Shown here piece after piece: positions 13,701 through 27,012 of a stretch of 64,000 nucleotides of DNA. A program made the translations under genes and the position numbers. The notes beneath the pieces were generated by a model. It ran no database searches and was not told where the DNA came from. It saw only the letters and a program-made list of their open reading frames with translations. The DNA comes from Takakia lepidozioides (taxonomy: Eukaryota; Plantae; Bryophyta): positions 87,172,001-87,236,000 of the forward strand of contig CM060731.1 in NCBI GenBank assembly GCA_030704615.1, in the 5' to 3' direction. Within the stretch, counting starts at the first letter, position 1. Each line of letters begins with the position of its first letter.

Positions 13701-14980
13701 GAGGGAGGAGGGAAGTTGTCTGACTCGCCATTTGAGCAGTGTATGAGCTCACCAGCCACTACCAGTAATGGAGGGGGAGGGGCTCCAAGCGCTGAGCTGG
13801 CCCTGAACAGTATAAGCTCACAAACTGTTCAAACGGGTTCAGGCCCAACTGTATTCCAATTTCCATATAAGAAAAGACCACACAATTGGGATGCGTTTCT
13901 TCGACTAGCAGCTCCAGGGTGCCGCAACAACTCCCTTATGTCACAATGTGATACAAGACAGGACCTCATTGATGGAAACAATGGAAATCAGCTACCTTGT
14001 TTCAACCCTTTTTACTATCTCCAGCAGCTCTTCACGCCGCAGCAAGTGGAGCAATTTAAATCTCAGAATCCAGGTATATGAATCTAGAAACACAGCAAAG
14101 AAAGAAACTTTACTACGTCCATGAAAAGCCCACCCAAGAGAAAGAGAAGAAGGGAAGAATGCGAATGGAGATAGTGTCCACAGAAAAGAAAGGGAAGGAA
14201 AGGAATTTCACAGATAGTATACAGGACAAAATTGCAAACAGAGAGTGAGCGGAGGAAATGAAGAAAGGAAGGAGTTTATTACGTCCAAGAGAGAGAAATG
14301 AAATGAAATGAAACGGTATGTCCAAGAGATTTCTGAGTTAAGTCGATAGTGTGGAGGGCGGACAGCCAAAACCAGAAATAGAAACTGGCATGAAACCGAT
14401 GAGCCTGTTTATGTGGAAAACTGCTAACATCTGAGAGTGATGACCACTGTAGTTTGAAACTAGACGCCTGAAGAATTTCTTAAGAAGACGTCACTTTATG
14501 TTTTGTTTGCAGTACACACACATACTGGGCATTTTGATTTACTTTTGTTACCAGACTGATTCTGGTTTGAGTCTAACTAGAAAAGACTTGTGCATGGATG
14601 CAGCATTCCTGTTCCAGTATGTACACCATTCAAGGGTACTTTATCACGAATTATGCACACAAGCAGCAAACAAAGGTGGTAGCATTGACCGACCTGTGGT
14701 GCGTCCAGTAGCTACACATGGCTGTGTCAATCTGACCACAGACCATTGTCCCTATCTCCCTGACCAAGGCCCCTTGCCTTCATCCCCACTCTGTCCAGAT
14801 CCTCCAACACTTGACCAGCTCTTGAGTCCATTTTCACAAGGCGGGCTTTGGATGAGGAAACACTGCACACAGCAGAGGGAGCCTTCGGAGAGCTGCCCTA
14901 GCAGAGACCCCACCCGCTTGATTGAGTTGGAATCTGCAGGGGTTTTGGAAGGTGGTCACCAGTGTTGGGTGGTTATTTGA
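7762..14980 (+). CDS. Atypical E2F (DEL/E2F7-8-like) transcription factor: two winged-helix domains plus an extra uncharacterised N-terminal domain
   Basis: Phase-consistent, stop-free exon chain: 7762-8377, 9103-9213, 9639-9766, 10355-10464, 11001-11071, 11261-11394, 11673-11775, 11955-12025, 12203-12278, 12439-12585 (GC donor), 12952-14073, and probably 14604-14980 (otherwise stop at 14081). DBD1: KEHSLTQLCER-ILE...VVG-TRRRRISEIFNVLETV...FIWLG. DBD2: NSIGVLSRKLIQLFL...KGRRLCEIARIFSAMHLVKK...YEWLG. Both parallel DEL KSLGLL / RRIYDIVNVLE / RRLYDIANVL. Confidence 0.8.
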
Positions 14981-17900
14981 CTTCTTTCATAATCAGGGGT
15001 CCCAGTTACTAGCAAAAACCTTAAGTAATCGGCAGTTCTCTGGCAAGTTCTCTAGCCGGTTATTTCCGAACTACGTAACCAACGGTTATCTATTTTCCCT
15101 GGTTCTTTCTTGTTTTGAGAACTGCCGGTGAAGTGGATATAAGCCCGGGTTGGTAACCGCCGGCGGTCTGTTCCAGAATCAAAGAACTGCCCTACACTGG
15201 TGGTCACCTCGATTCCAGTTGGACCCGACCAGAGCTCAGCAGGACAAGACAGAAAAGAGAAAAACGCTTGACAAGCCCAATGAGCAGTTCCAAGTTTTAG
15301 AGAATTATACGATCTTTCTTCAATTTCAATTTCAGGTTTTGGTTTCAGTTCCAAGTTTTGGTTTTGGTTTTGGTTTTTAGTTCAGTTTACCATCCGCTAC
15401 CTGTACATATATGAGCCAGGTTTGTCACTATCTGTACTATTATTTCCTTGATAGGTAGCACCTTACGAGAAGAAATCTGCACTATTGCTCGCAGTAGCAT
15501 GATTGCAGGGCCAGCTAGCTCGCATAAGAGCTGCCAGTCATGAGGTACAGGTCTTGTATTCATCATCAAGTTGTCGTGATTTATGTAATATTTCCAACTC
15601 TCCAGCTGTTTTTGTATCCAGTCGTTGCTCTCCCTGTACCAAATGCAGGTTGCAGCTCAGAATGTCCATTTGATCACACTAAATTTCTTCTGCAAATGGA
15701 ACTTGGACGTTACTAACCTGTGTAAAGAAAGCTTTGGAGTAAGGAAGGCCCCTTGACACAGGTTTTCGGTGACGATTGTCATAGGTATTTGCAGAGAACA
15801 GATATTTACTGGAACTCTCTATGAATCTCTGTGCATTAAAACACTTATTTCTCTTTCTCTTTCCTTCTATCACATCAAGCAATTGTGAGAAAGAAAAGGA
15901 AAGACAAAGATAAAGTTTGATTAGCGTCCCACCATTTACAGACTACCAAGGGGCCAATGCACGGATCTGTGTTTACTGAGAGTAGAACCCAGGATAGCCT
16001 TCAGGGAAATGCTAACTCACCTGCACAAGGCACTTAGCAAAGGGTCGACCGTGGGAGGACCCTTGCCCCAGCGCGGTGGCCTATGTTACGACTTGAGCAG
16101 AAAAATACGAAGATTTTCTCGACCAATCTAGGGATCATAGTCTCTTGTGCAATACACTCATTCTCTATGTGACCTTCAAAGAAAAAACTGGCCTTGCCTT
16201 TCCAATAGTCCAAGAGATGCTTTGCTTCAAGTGTTCTTTCCATGGACCTGCTTGTTGTTCTTGCTCACGCAGCTCTCGCTTGGGTGAAAGACGAGGACAA
16301 ACTTTTGCCCATCTCAGCAGCCAGTTCGAATGTCTTTCGTAAGAGTGACTTGCTGCCCCGCCACTTAGTGCACGCAATTCAGTTAATGTGTGATCTGAAT
16401 GTGAATGACACCAAATGATTGCTCAGTGAAGGGCCTTCCACTCTCTGTCCTTACAATATCGGGTCATAGTAAGACAAAGCGTTGCCCAGTACCGACTTTA
16501 TCGCGCTCGGCTTTCTTCATTTGGGTGGTGAAGGCCTTAGTGGGAAGTATGTACAATAGTATGGTTGTATTTTTAATGGCCGACAATTACATTATATATT
16601 ACATGGTATTTTAAGTTAACTTCATGTTATTTTTACAGTGTCTTTGATATTCAGTGTGCCCACAAACCCCTGTTGTAATCGGTCCTTCATAATCGGTACA
16701 TGGTTATATTATGGTAATATCCAAGTTGTGATAGTTGGGATACATGATGCCAGCGGCTCAAATCACCATCCCTCCCTGCATAGGAAACACAACATGGCAA
16801 ACCCTAATGCCATAACTCCTACCCATCCCATCTCGAAACACCCCCCCTGAGTACTGTTTGCAATCATAGTATTGCTCCGCCAGCTACTGTGACTGGTATG
16901 GTTTCAGTCTCGGTACGTTCAGAACCCTAAACCCTAAGTTCTACACACACCCGGGGTATAGGCTAAACGACATACCAGCCGGGTTGGTTCTGGCATACCT
17001 TTACGTATACCCTTGCACATACCCCTGCCAACCGGGTACAACACTGCCCGAAACCCTATTTCAATTGTGCTAAGCTTTTATAATTTATTTTTAGGTGTGG
17101 GTTATACTATGTAGTACAATAGTATGAAATGAAAAGTTTGTACCATCACGTGGATACTAAAAAATTCCTAAATTATATTTACATTCTACTTACCCTGAAC
17201 CCCATCTCAATTGTACTAAGCTCTTAAGGGCTGCTCGGTGGAGGTGGAGCGGCGCTCCGCCTCCCCGCTAGATTCTCCGTTACCCGTTAGCCATGACTAA
17301 TTTTTAGGGTTTCCCCGTCTTCTTCCCCTCTATTTCGCCCCCTTTTTTAGCGCTCTCGCTATTTTACCCTCTCTACCTTCTTAGCTATGGCCGCCGCCAT
17401 CACTCGGCGAGGTGCTACGATATGGTTATGCTGCGTGGATCTCAAGCTATCATATGTTCTTCACCATCTCTTTACTGCGCTGCTTTTAAGCCTACTTCAG
17501 CTGGATTTCAAGACGTATTCCGCATTTTCGATCAACTACAGTCTTCCCGCAGTGTTCTTCTCTGGCCCCAATATGACTTGCAACTCGATCTACCGGCCTT
17601 CACAACATCTGCGTACTCTACAGCACACCAACTCCAGCACGCTGCATGCCCCCGGCGCAAGACTTTCTCCTGTTCTCCCTATGAGCTCACTATCGGCGGA
17701 TTCCAAGTCGTATTCCACTTTCCAGCTCAACGCTAGCTTCTTCGAGTGGAGGCCCCCTAGTCACGACGATGTATGCAATCTACTCCATCAGGCTCCGCAA
17801 CAGATACGTGCTACGCTATGTACTGCTACCAACACTCTAACCGCAAGCAGCAACAGTTGTCTCCTTCACTATCAGAATCATTTGCCGGCCCCTCTTTGTG

Positions 17901-18189
17901 ATTATGCTTCCAGTCAGCAACTTTATTACTTCCAGTTACGGAGACAAACCTCTCCAAGAGTTACACACAATGAACACGCAGCCCAACTATGGCAACCCAC
18001 TCATGTCCGCAACGGGCTCCACAACACCAAAGTCACCATGAGGCGCATCTACTTGCTCTCTGCCATCCAGGTGACGCTACACTGGGGACCCCCCCCCAGT
18101 ATCTGTCTAGCATCTACGCAAGAAACCAAACTTTTTAGCACTTCAACTTCGTTTCTGAAAATAAATTATAAAAACTTAGTACAATTGGA

Positions 18190-18840
18190 ATAGGGATTAG
18201 GATTTATCAGGATTACGATTATGAATTAGATTTTATGGTTTAGGGTTTCTCTTGCCCTAAACCTTAAAACAAGATAACAAATATTGAAGAAACTGGAAAA
18301 CCTAAAATTTTCAATTCAACATACCCATCCATATGGTGTAACCCAAGGCTGAATATACTAAATATGTTAGATTTAGGTTTTAGTGTTTAGGGCATAATGA
18401 TTAGGAACAGCCATTACGTTTAAAGAGGGTTTATGGCAAGAGAAACAGATATTGAAGAAACTTGAAGACCTATAGAATTTCCAATTCCCCATACCCCAAT
18501 TCCATATAGTGAATCAAGTTCTGCAATAAAATATGAAAAACTGAATATGGTAGATTTGGGTTTTAGGACTTAGGGTTTTTGTGATTAGGACCATGAATTA
18601 GGTTTTAGGGTTTATGACAAGAGAAACAAATATTGAAGAAACTTGAAAACCTATACAATTTCTACTTGGACATACCCATGGACATATAGTGTAGCCCAAG
18701 TTTAAGGAAAATATAAACAATTGAGTATGGTATATTTGTGTTTTAGGGATTAGATTTTATAGGGCGTAACATAAAGAAGATACAAATACTAAAAAACTTT
18801 AAGACCTATAGAATTTCCAATTCCCCATTCCCCAATTCCC
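18190..18840. repeat. ~170-180-bp tandem repeat (3-4 copies) with TTTAGGG-like motifs, probably TE-derived
   Basis: AAGAGAAACA(G/A)ATATTGAAGAAACTTGAA(G/A)ACCTATA recurs at ~18270, 18438, 18618 and 18775, interspersed with GGTTTTAGGG. Confidence 0.7.
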
Positions 18841-20669
18841 CAACAATGGTCAATGTCACTTAGTTACGTAGACATAATTTGCAGGTACATCAAGGACAAT
18901 GAATCAATTATAAAATAAAACCCGAAAAACAAAACAAAGCCAGTGTGTATGAAAAATCAGTCAAATGAGGAACACTACATTTCAATCGTAACCTCCACAT
19001 GGTGTGATTTAAGCACTGGCTACTGTTGGTATCGCGGTAGTTATGTATAGGGGAAGGCCTCTCGGGTTGGGGGTTCCTGGATTTTTGGGCAAGGCCTCGG
19101 GCGGTTCCATACCTGCAGCATGCATTCCCTTGGCACCTTAACCTCCATGTTTGTTACATAATGTTTTACAGAACTGACGCAGAAGAAGACCAGCAAAGCT
19201 TTACATGCAGTGAGAACAGTAACTGACATTGAAGCACACTGGCAGAGCTAGGAAACAAAAAAATAGAATCACAAATATGAATGGCTTGTCTGTTCTTGTC
19301 ACATACCAGGTGCCTCCCAGGCTTTCGGTAAGGTTGGACAACTGGAAGGCCCAAAGGAGTAGTCCATTTCACTGACTCCCCACTTGAGGCAACGAATCCA
19401 CACATCAAGCATTTCATCATTGGAGATGACAAGGGCATTCGAGGAGAAAGATTGTTGTGCCATTTCACCCCTCTATGATTCACGCCCCTACAGTTATAAT
19501 GGTTCTGTGGTTTGCTATTTACTTGTAAGATGGATTCTGTCCCATGATGGAAAAATACACTGGACATACTGGACCCAAGACACAATATGACTAAAAAGAG
19601 ATATTGCAGGAGCATGATTTAAGATGTACATACCTCACCAAGGAGAAGCCTGGCACTTTGCTGCACTTCGGCTTGTCAATGGGTCTTTCAAAGCATCCTT
19701 CTCCATGATGTCTCGCACTCTGCCCAAGACCAGATAATGATACTGAGCGAAGGGGGACTCAATTTTCCTATGCAGGCAATTTCATACGCCATGCCTATAT
19801 CGGCCCCCACCCAATATCTCTGAAGGCACTGGTTGCAGACACAAAAATCAGATAGTACTTGCTAGCATATAGAACTATGATGCTCAAACAACTGCTCCAA
19901 AAGTTGGACTGTACCTGGCTGCAATACCTGAGTAAACATCTGCAGGCTGGTCACCTGCAATCCAGTTCACTGATGCAGCTCCGTTCTACACCCCACATTT
20001 ATTTCCAGTTTCTCTTCAAATGTAAGTGCCCAATTGATACAATAAACTCAGGTCCTGACACAGCTGTCATGAATTTAGCCATAAATTTGTTTGACGTCTA
20101 GAGCAGTCTAAACAACTAAACCCTGCCCCACTGGTTAAAGCATGAAACTAGATGGCAAGGACGCCAGAATCCTTTCATTAATCAGAAAGATCTGTCATAA
20201 CCCACACATTTTCACAACCTAGAAAAAACCAATCAGGGTGGAGGCAGAAAGATCCAATCACAACCTAGAATTTTGGTATCCAGGTAGAGAACTCGCCCTT
20301 GAGACTAGCACAATTGAAAATCATTGAGACCAAAAAGGTGAAGAATCTCACTCTATCACGCCCTAGTGCTGCATAGTGTTGCAATCCATTGCAGGAACCA
20401 TCCTGCAGAAACAAGAAAGCCTTGACAATGAGCCATTCATACATCCTTGGTTATCGTGAAATTTCAACTAAAGCATACTACCAGAACCAACTTCAAACTG
20501 TTTGATCAGGATTTCACCATACAGTTCCGCTATCTCATAAGGAAAACATATGACCATGCACTGTCCTACCTCAAGGTGGAAAATGCGGGAAACTACAACT
20601 GAAGTTTTGTTCACCAACAACTTCTTCAACATGGTATTAACAGTAGATTCCCACACTGTCAACTTATTT

Positions 20670-20742
20670 CCCTTTTGTTCTGCCCAAACTGGGGGGTCTA
20701 TGGCCACAAGGCTACGACAAACAACATCTTATGAGTACATTC
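20670..20742 (+). mobile_element. 5'-truncated copy of the LINE 3' end (second, shorter copy at ~21538-21570)
   Basis: CAAACTGGG..TGGCCACAAGG.TACG.CAAACAAC.TCTTATGAGTACA matches 26954-27012. Confidence 0.7.
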
Positions 20743-22461
20743 TAGCAACCATTTTTACACCATTAGTCCAGCCAAGGCAGTTTACCTGGTGCACTGGTAA
20801 ATAAGATACACAAGTTTCAGGGCTCCCTGGTACAATGGCACGTCGAATTTCCATGCATGTTGCTAGGCACTGGAAAGGATCTTCAGCCTCAGCCACCACC
20901 GCTGCCCTTCCAGTGGTCGCTCAGCTGAATCAAAGATCTTATCCATGTGGGTGTCGACGTATGACACGACCTGCAAAAGACATCTTTCCCACTTTCCCGC
21001 CATACAAATTCGCTATCAACCAGCGCAGTCCATTGGGTCCCAGAGCCCGGCCTTCCGCAAACTCGAGAATACCACGCACATATCAGATCCCAAGTGGTTG
21101 AGGTTTGGGTGCATCGGATATGCCCGCCCCCGAAAATCCAAGTTGTGAAGGATAGTAAAAAGGCCTCTTCATCCTTGAACTTGTGTGCCACCTGAGCCGC
21201 AAGTTTCCAGATGGGAACATAATCAAACTTCGGCATATAGGTACTTCATTTGCATGTTAGGAAATGTGACCGCAACATCACAGTGTGATCAAGAAACACT
21301 AAAAGACTTGGCATGCGTGACATCAAATAGGTTGGAGACAATGTTCACCACCTCGTCATGACATAATTCATGTAGGAAATCCTAAATAGCGTGTCAGAAG
21401 GGACTGCCTTCTAGACATCAACAGTGCTGAATAAAGGACTTACATGAGTAGAGTGGAGTAGCAGACATAAGCAATCCCTAGTGCTATTTCATCTGACTAT
21501 ATTTCTACGACTACTACTCTGATTCTTTCAGGTTGAGAGGCTACAGCAAACAACGTTTTATGGGTACATTCTATGAGGTTGAGAACATGAACATATATTA
21601 GGGCAAGGGTGTCTGGGAAGTAGAGGTATGGGGAGTCACACAGCATGGAAGGAGCAGCCAAAGTCTTCTAAGCAAGCTTGAGCTCTATGTCACAGCACAT
21701 AGAATGACGCTCACTATTTATGCGCTTTGTCTTAGAAGTCTCCATCCTCCAGATTTTCAATATATCCTTGTCCTCTGTCTGAGGCTTCGTAGGTAGAGGA
21801 AGCTATCATCCATCCCAACACAGTGCAACTTGAGATGCATGCTACATAGACAAGTCTGGAGCTATAATGAATACACCTAGAATCTGAAGGTACTTGCACT
21901 GGTACAGTAAAAGCTCAATAAAATCCTCTGAAGAAAATACACAGAAACCTGCATTCTGGTTGGCGCAGATCAATGCGTATATGGGGCAAGCGTAAGAGAT
22001 GGGAGAAACCCAGTGCAGTGGACCCTTGGTCAGCCCCTGAACCTTCATCTACTCTAACTCTAGGCAGGCCAGATTGATTGGTTGGATGAACTTACACTAG
22101 TAGCATCGACTGCAATGTCGGCCAAGCATCCACCGTCTGACCATATCCTCTCCAGGACATTCAACACTGATCCATTGATTTTCCACCCTGTTTTGCACAG
22201 CGAATTAAGTGCCTGAGTCCATGGTCACACAACCATATCTCTATGTTATCTAAAGAAGTCATTAGCTTCAATAGAATCAGGTGGGAAAAATAGTAGTATC
22301 CTGAAAACAGATCACCTTATGTTGTTACCCAACCACACATGTTTAAGCATTAGACCCTGCTTGGGAATGTGTTCCATTGAACGAGAAGAGAAGAACAACA
22401 TGCAGGCATACCTGTATAACTGTCTTCATATTTTCTGGAGGGGTAACTCTCATGGTATCCT

Positions 22462-25400
22462 ATCTCCCTGTCCTCTAGGAAGCCTATTGACATTGGGTGG
22501 ACTTGAAACGGGAGTACATTAATGTCTCTGTGACTAAATGCCGGCCTTGTGACCCCGTGTCCTTGTTTGTTTCGACCTGAAGCGCTTTGCTTCAGGTAAG
22601 GTAGTGCATTGGATTTAGTTGGAAAGCTTGGGGCCTTTCCCTCTTTAGAATATGCCATTCCCTGCAACTCCCTGGAGTGTGATCTCTGAATGGTAACAAG
22701 CGGACTCCTACCGCTTGGGGGCAGCCCCTCCGCCCAAATTGGGCAGTCGTATGCTCTGTCTAGCATACTCGGCACTTGGGCTCGGGTTGGTTCCTGTGCT
22801 TAAACTTATGGCCTGCGAAAACAATCAAAAATTTAGCTCCTATCAACATCAACACTCCTCAGGGTGATCCCTGGGAATTGGTTACTTATGCCAAATCTAG
22901 GGCTTCATGTGTAGTTTTTGGGGTGAATCCCAGGATGGACGATGTGTCCTTTAAAACTACATGCTCTAGCTTAGGCTTGGATTTCATGGCTAATGGTACC
23001 ATCTCCAGACTTGATAACAGGGGTACGTTGAAGGTTGCAATGACCAAAAGTGCTTCTAATAGAGTCCCGCATCAATCTCAAAGAAGTTCGTCCCTTGACT
23101 GGCTGGAGAGCGGTCTTAGACATTGGTGATTCAATGGGGCGCTCTAGGAAGACAACCAAGGGCAACAACTTCAACTTGAGAGTTTCTAATCGGTTTGATG
23201 CTCTGGATGAGGTTGAATCCAAACAGCCAGAAGGACAAGATGCCCCTAAGTGTACGGAACCTGAACGTCCTGAATCTGAAGGATTTGGTACTCTGAATGG
23301 TTTACCAATCCTCAAGGTTTACACAAGACGAACAAATTCTATACACGGGGTAATTGTCCCCAAGCCGTCAGATGGACAATCTGTCCCTAAGTGCGTGTAA
23401 CTGAAGGATTTGGTACTCTAAATGGTTTACCAATCCTCAAAGTGTACACAAGACGAGCAAAATCTATACACGGGGTAATTGTCCCCAAGCAGTCTGACGG
23501 ACACTGCCCCTATGTGTGCGGAGCCTGTGCGTCGTGTAACTGAAAGATTTGGTACCCTGAATGGTTTACCAATTCTCAAAGTTTACACAAGACGAGCAAA
23601 CTCTACACATGGGGTAACTGTCCCCCCTTTGCAGAACGGTTGGCCGTCCAGGAGCAATCACAAGCTACCTAGACGACAAACAATTCACACGCAAAGGGCT
23701 GGCTTGCGGCTGGCCACTTTCAACTTCTCAGGGTTGACCAACCAAAGGAAACAACTTGAAGTCGGACAAGTTCTTCGGACTAATGATATTCATATCTGTG
23801 TTGGGCAAAAAACATGGGAAACGTCGGATAAACTGGTTGGAGATGTCATAGGTTATAAATGGGCAGGTAAGATGTGTACTCTCAAGGCAGCCTCTGCCAA
23901 ACGCGGTCAAAAAGGGGTCGGATTCTTTGTCCGTGATTTGTTTGACAATTGTGAAATTATCAACAAGGGTTTGAGGTACGAGCATAGTATCTGGCTAAAA
24001 CTGAATTTGAAGGGCGGCATGAGTAACAGTGGACTCGTGAGAAACCCCAAATTGGGGAACATTCCATTGTGGACTATATCATAATGGACAAAATTTTGTT
24101 CCCCCAGTGTGCCAATGTGTTGATCGACAGAACTGATATTGGTACCTCTGACCACTTCCTGGTTTGGACTGAGATCAAAAGGTGTTTTCCCACCACCAAG
24201 AGATCTGTGAAACGTTCGATTCGGAAGTGGCGCATAGAAAAATTCCACAATGAGGAGGTCAAGGCTGAGTACGTCCAGGCCTTGCAAGAGGCTCTCCCTC
24301 ATTTTGTCCAATCGCTCCAAGAACTTCAGTCACGCTCTGTTAACGCAAGAAATGAAGTCGAAAGAGCAGTGGACTCTTGGGAGAGTTTCATTTCCTCCGT
24401 GGCTAACAAGATCATTGGGAGGAAACTAGTTGTCTGCGGTAGAGCAGTTAATTGGTGGACTAATGAGATTAAACTCAAGATATAGCTGAGAGACGAGCCC
24501 TCTATAAAGAGTGCTGCAATTTGGAAACCAACAGAGAATTGTGGGCGAGGTACTACCAGCTCCGTAAAGATATCAATCAGCTTGTTAGGTCTCAGAAGAA
24601 ATTATACTGGGACAAGTTATACAGTGAAATAAACTCAAACCACCATGGTGGTAATGACAAGAAATTCTGGTTGGCCCTTCAACGTTTGTACAAGCCGAAA
24701 AACGGTCAGCAAGTACAAGCGCTGAAGACTACTAAAGGTGCAGTGGTGACTTCATCGATTGACATTGTCAAAACCTTTGAAACTCACTACAGTATCCTTG
24801 GCAGAACTTCTAGGTCTAACAGTGAGGGGTCTTCTGCTGAATGGAGGGACACAGTTGGAAAAACTGTTCCTATGATTCAAAACAGCCCTGATGAACTGGA
24901 GTATATTTCAATGGCTTATAATGCTCCCATTATTCTTCTGAGATTGTGGAAGCAATTGAACATTTAAATGGATATAAAGCTGGTGGACCTAATGGTATTG
25001 TCAACGAGCTTATCAAGCACGGTGGCGATCCCATGATAGAGGCCCTAGTTCTCCTCTTTAACCTTATCTGGAAGACTGAAATGATCCCCTTTCGTTGGCG
25101 ACAGGGGGTCATTGTCAATCTATACAAGAAGGGTGACAGAGAAGAACCGGGGAACTACCGTGGCATCACGCTCCTCAATGCTGTTGGCAAGACATTCTGC
25201 AGAGTTATAAGTACTCGTCTCGAGGTTGATCTGGAGTCTAGAGGTTGTTTCCACGAAGGCCAAGCTGGCTTTCGGCGAAACAGGGGCTGTGTGGATCATA
25301 TCTTCACTCTAAGCCAGATTATCCAGGGAAGGAAAAAAGAAGGGAAACCCACTTATGTCTTTTTCCTGGATGTCAAAAAGGCTTATGACACAGTGTGGAG

Positions 25401-27012
25401 AGATGGCCTATGGTTCCGCCTCTGGTCTTGTGGGATCAAGGGAAAGATGTGGAGAGTTGTCCACAACTTGTATGCTCACACCAAAAGTTGTGTCACTGTT
25501 AACGGACAGAAGTCCAACTTCTTTGACATAGACCAAGGTGTAGCTCAAGGATGTACTCTCTCCCCTCTGCTCTTCAATGTTTTCATTAATCAACTCCTCG
25601 AAGATGTGGAAAGTGAGGGATTTGGGTTAAGGGTGGGTGATACCACCATACCAGCCCTTATGTTTGCGGATGACTTCGCAGGCATAGGGGAGACTCCAAC
25701 CAATCTCCAGGAGTTGATTGATTGCGCGAAGAGATACTTTGATCTTTGGGGGCTAGAGGCTAAATGTCAGCAAATGTGCACTGGTAGCATTCAACGACAG
25801 AGGAGAGGGAGGAAGTGATCTTAAGTGGCAGTGGGGTAGCCAAGAGATCCCGGTCCTCCCTTCCTACACTTACCTAGGCGTTGAGTTCTCCTCCAATTGT
25901 AATTGGGATGCACATATCCGGAAAGTTGTTCAAACTGGCAAGGGCAAAGCTCTGGGGCTCACTAAATTTTTCCACTGCAGAGGGGTCAACTCTGAGGTTA
26001 AGAAAACCATGCTTTGTCGCGTTATTAGACCTGCCTTGGAGTACGGATCTGCTATATGGGTTGATAACTCCAACCAGGCTAAGTCTCTAGAATCCATTCA
26101 AGTGGGGGTGCTTAAGGAGTGTATGTCAGCATGCTCCAAAACAACCAATGTGGCTGTTCGGGGTGAGTTTGGCATTCCATCCTTAAGCTCCCGACGAGAT
26201 GAATTCAAGGTCAGATGGTGGGGTCAGCTGCAACATATGCCCAACACCAGATATCCTAAGTTAATCGACTCTATATCTTGGAAACAAGACCGCCCTGTCA
26301 AACAGGCTAAGTCCTGGCAGAAGAGAGTAGAAGAGATCCTCAAGGACCTGGACCTGGATCCGCAAGTCTTGACCCTGCTGGATAAATCTGACTTAGAGGC
26401 TGTAGTGTCCTCAGCCATGTCTGTTGCCATGAGATTGTCTGATGAAAATGAAGTTAGGCAGAAAACTTCCCTGAACTTGTTTCCAGTCTGTGACATGGGG
26501 GAGGACATCTTGGATGACCTCAAGGGTCTACCCACTCTCGGCACTAGACTGAAATTTAAACTCAGGGCAGGAAGCCTACCTTTGAACAGCAAACAGAAGC
26601 AGAGAGGAAAGGGAGAGTGCAATTGCCCGTTGTGTGGGCAATCTGAAGACAATATTCATTTTCTGATACACTGTCCGGGGTTCTCTCACCAAAGAGATGC
26701 TCTCTTCAAATCTATTAAGGGAATTGTGCCTGTACCCTTGTTTACCAACTTTGAAAGTCTCGAGGCTGAGCCAAAAGCCCAGGCCCTCCTGAGGCCTAGT
26801 TTTTGGGCAAATCACACACACCAGATTGATGCTTGTGTGAAGGGATTTCTAGAGGATATCTAGAAAACCCGGATTAATTCTTTATATGGAGATAAGTCTT
26901 ACTACCAACGTCAGCCCCTGACAGAGGTAGGTTCTGTCCCTTTTGTTCCCGCTCAAACTGGGCGCGGGGTCAATGGCCACAAGGTACGGCAAACAACGTC
27001 TTATGAGTACAA
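22462..27012 (+). mobile_element. LINE retrotransposon (APE endonuclease + RT + C-terminal CCHC; RTE/RTEX-like), degenerate
   Basis: EN: LRLATFNFSG...DYIIMD..SDHFLV. RT: FLDVKKAYDTVWR, GVAQGCTLSPLLF, MFADD. C-terminal CPLC..EDNIHFLIHC. 14-bp TSD TCTCATGGTATCCT at 22448-22461 and 27013-27026. Contains stops and frameshifts. Confidence 0.93.
23276..23625 (+). repeat. Three ~85-bp direct repeats in the LINE ORF1/ORF2 junction region
   Basis: GATTTGGTACYCTRAATGGTTTACCAATYCTCAA..TACACAAGACGA recurs at ~23280, 23405 and 23546 (encodes FGTLNGLPILKVYTRR). Confidence 0.85.

Noticed and set aside
17387-18193. 268-aa ORF as a real gene
   Set aside because: No recognisable domain and it sits in repeat-derived DNA.
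16920-18760. Telomere or interstitial telomeric tract
   Set aside because: Only 1-2 consecutive CCCTAAA units at any site.
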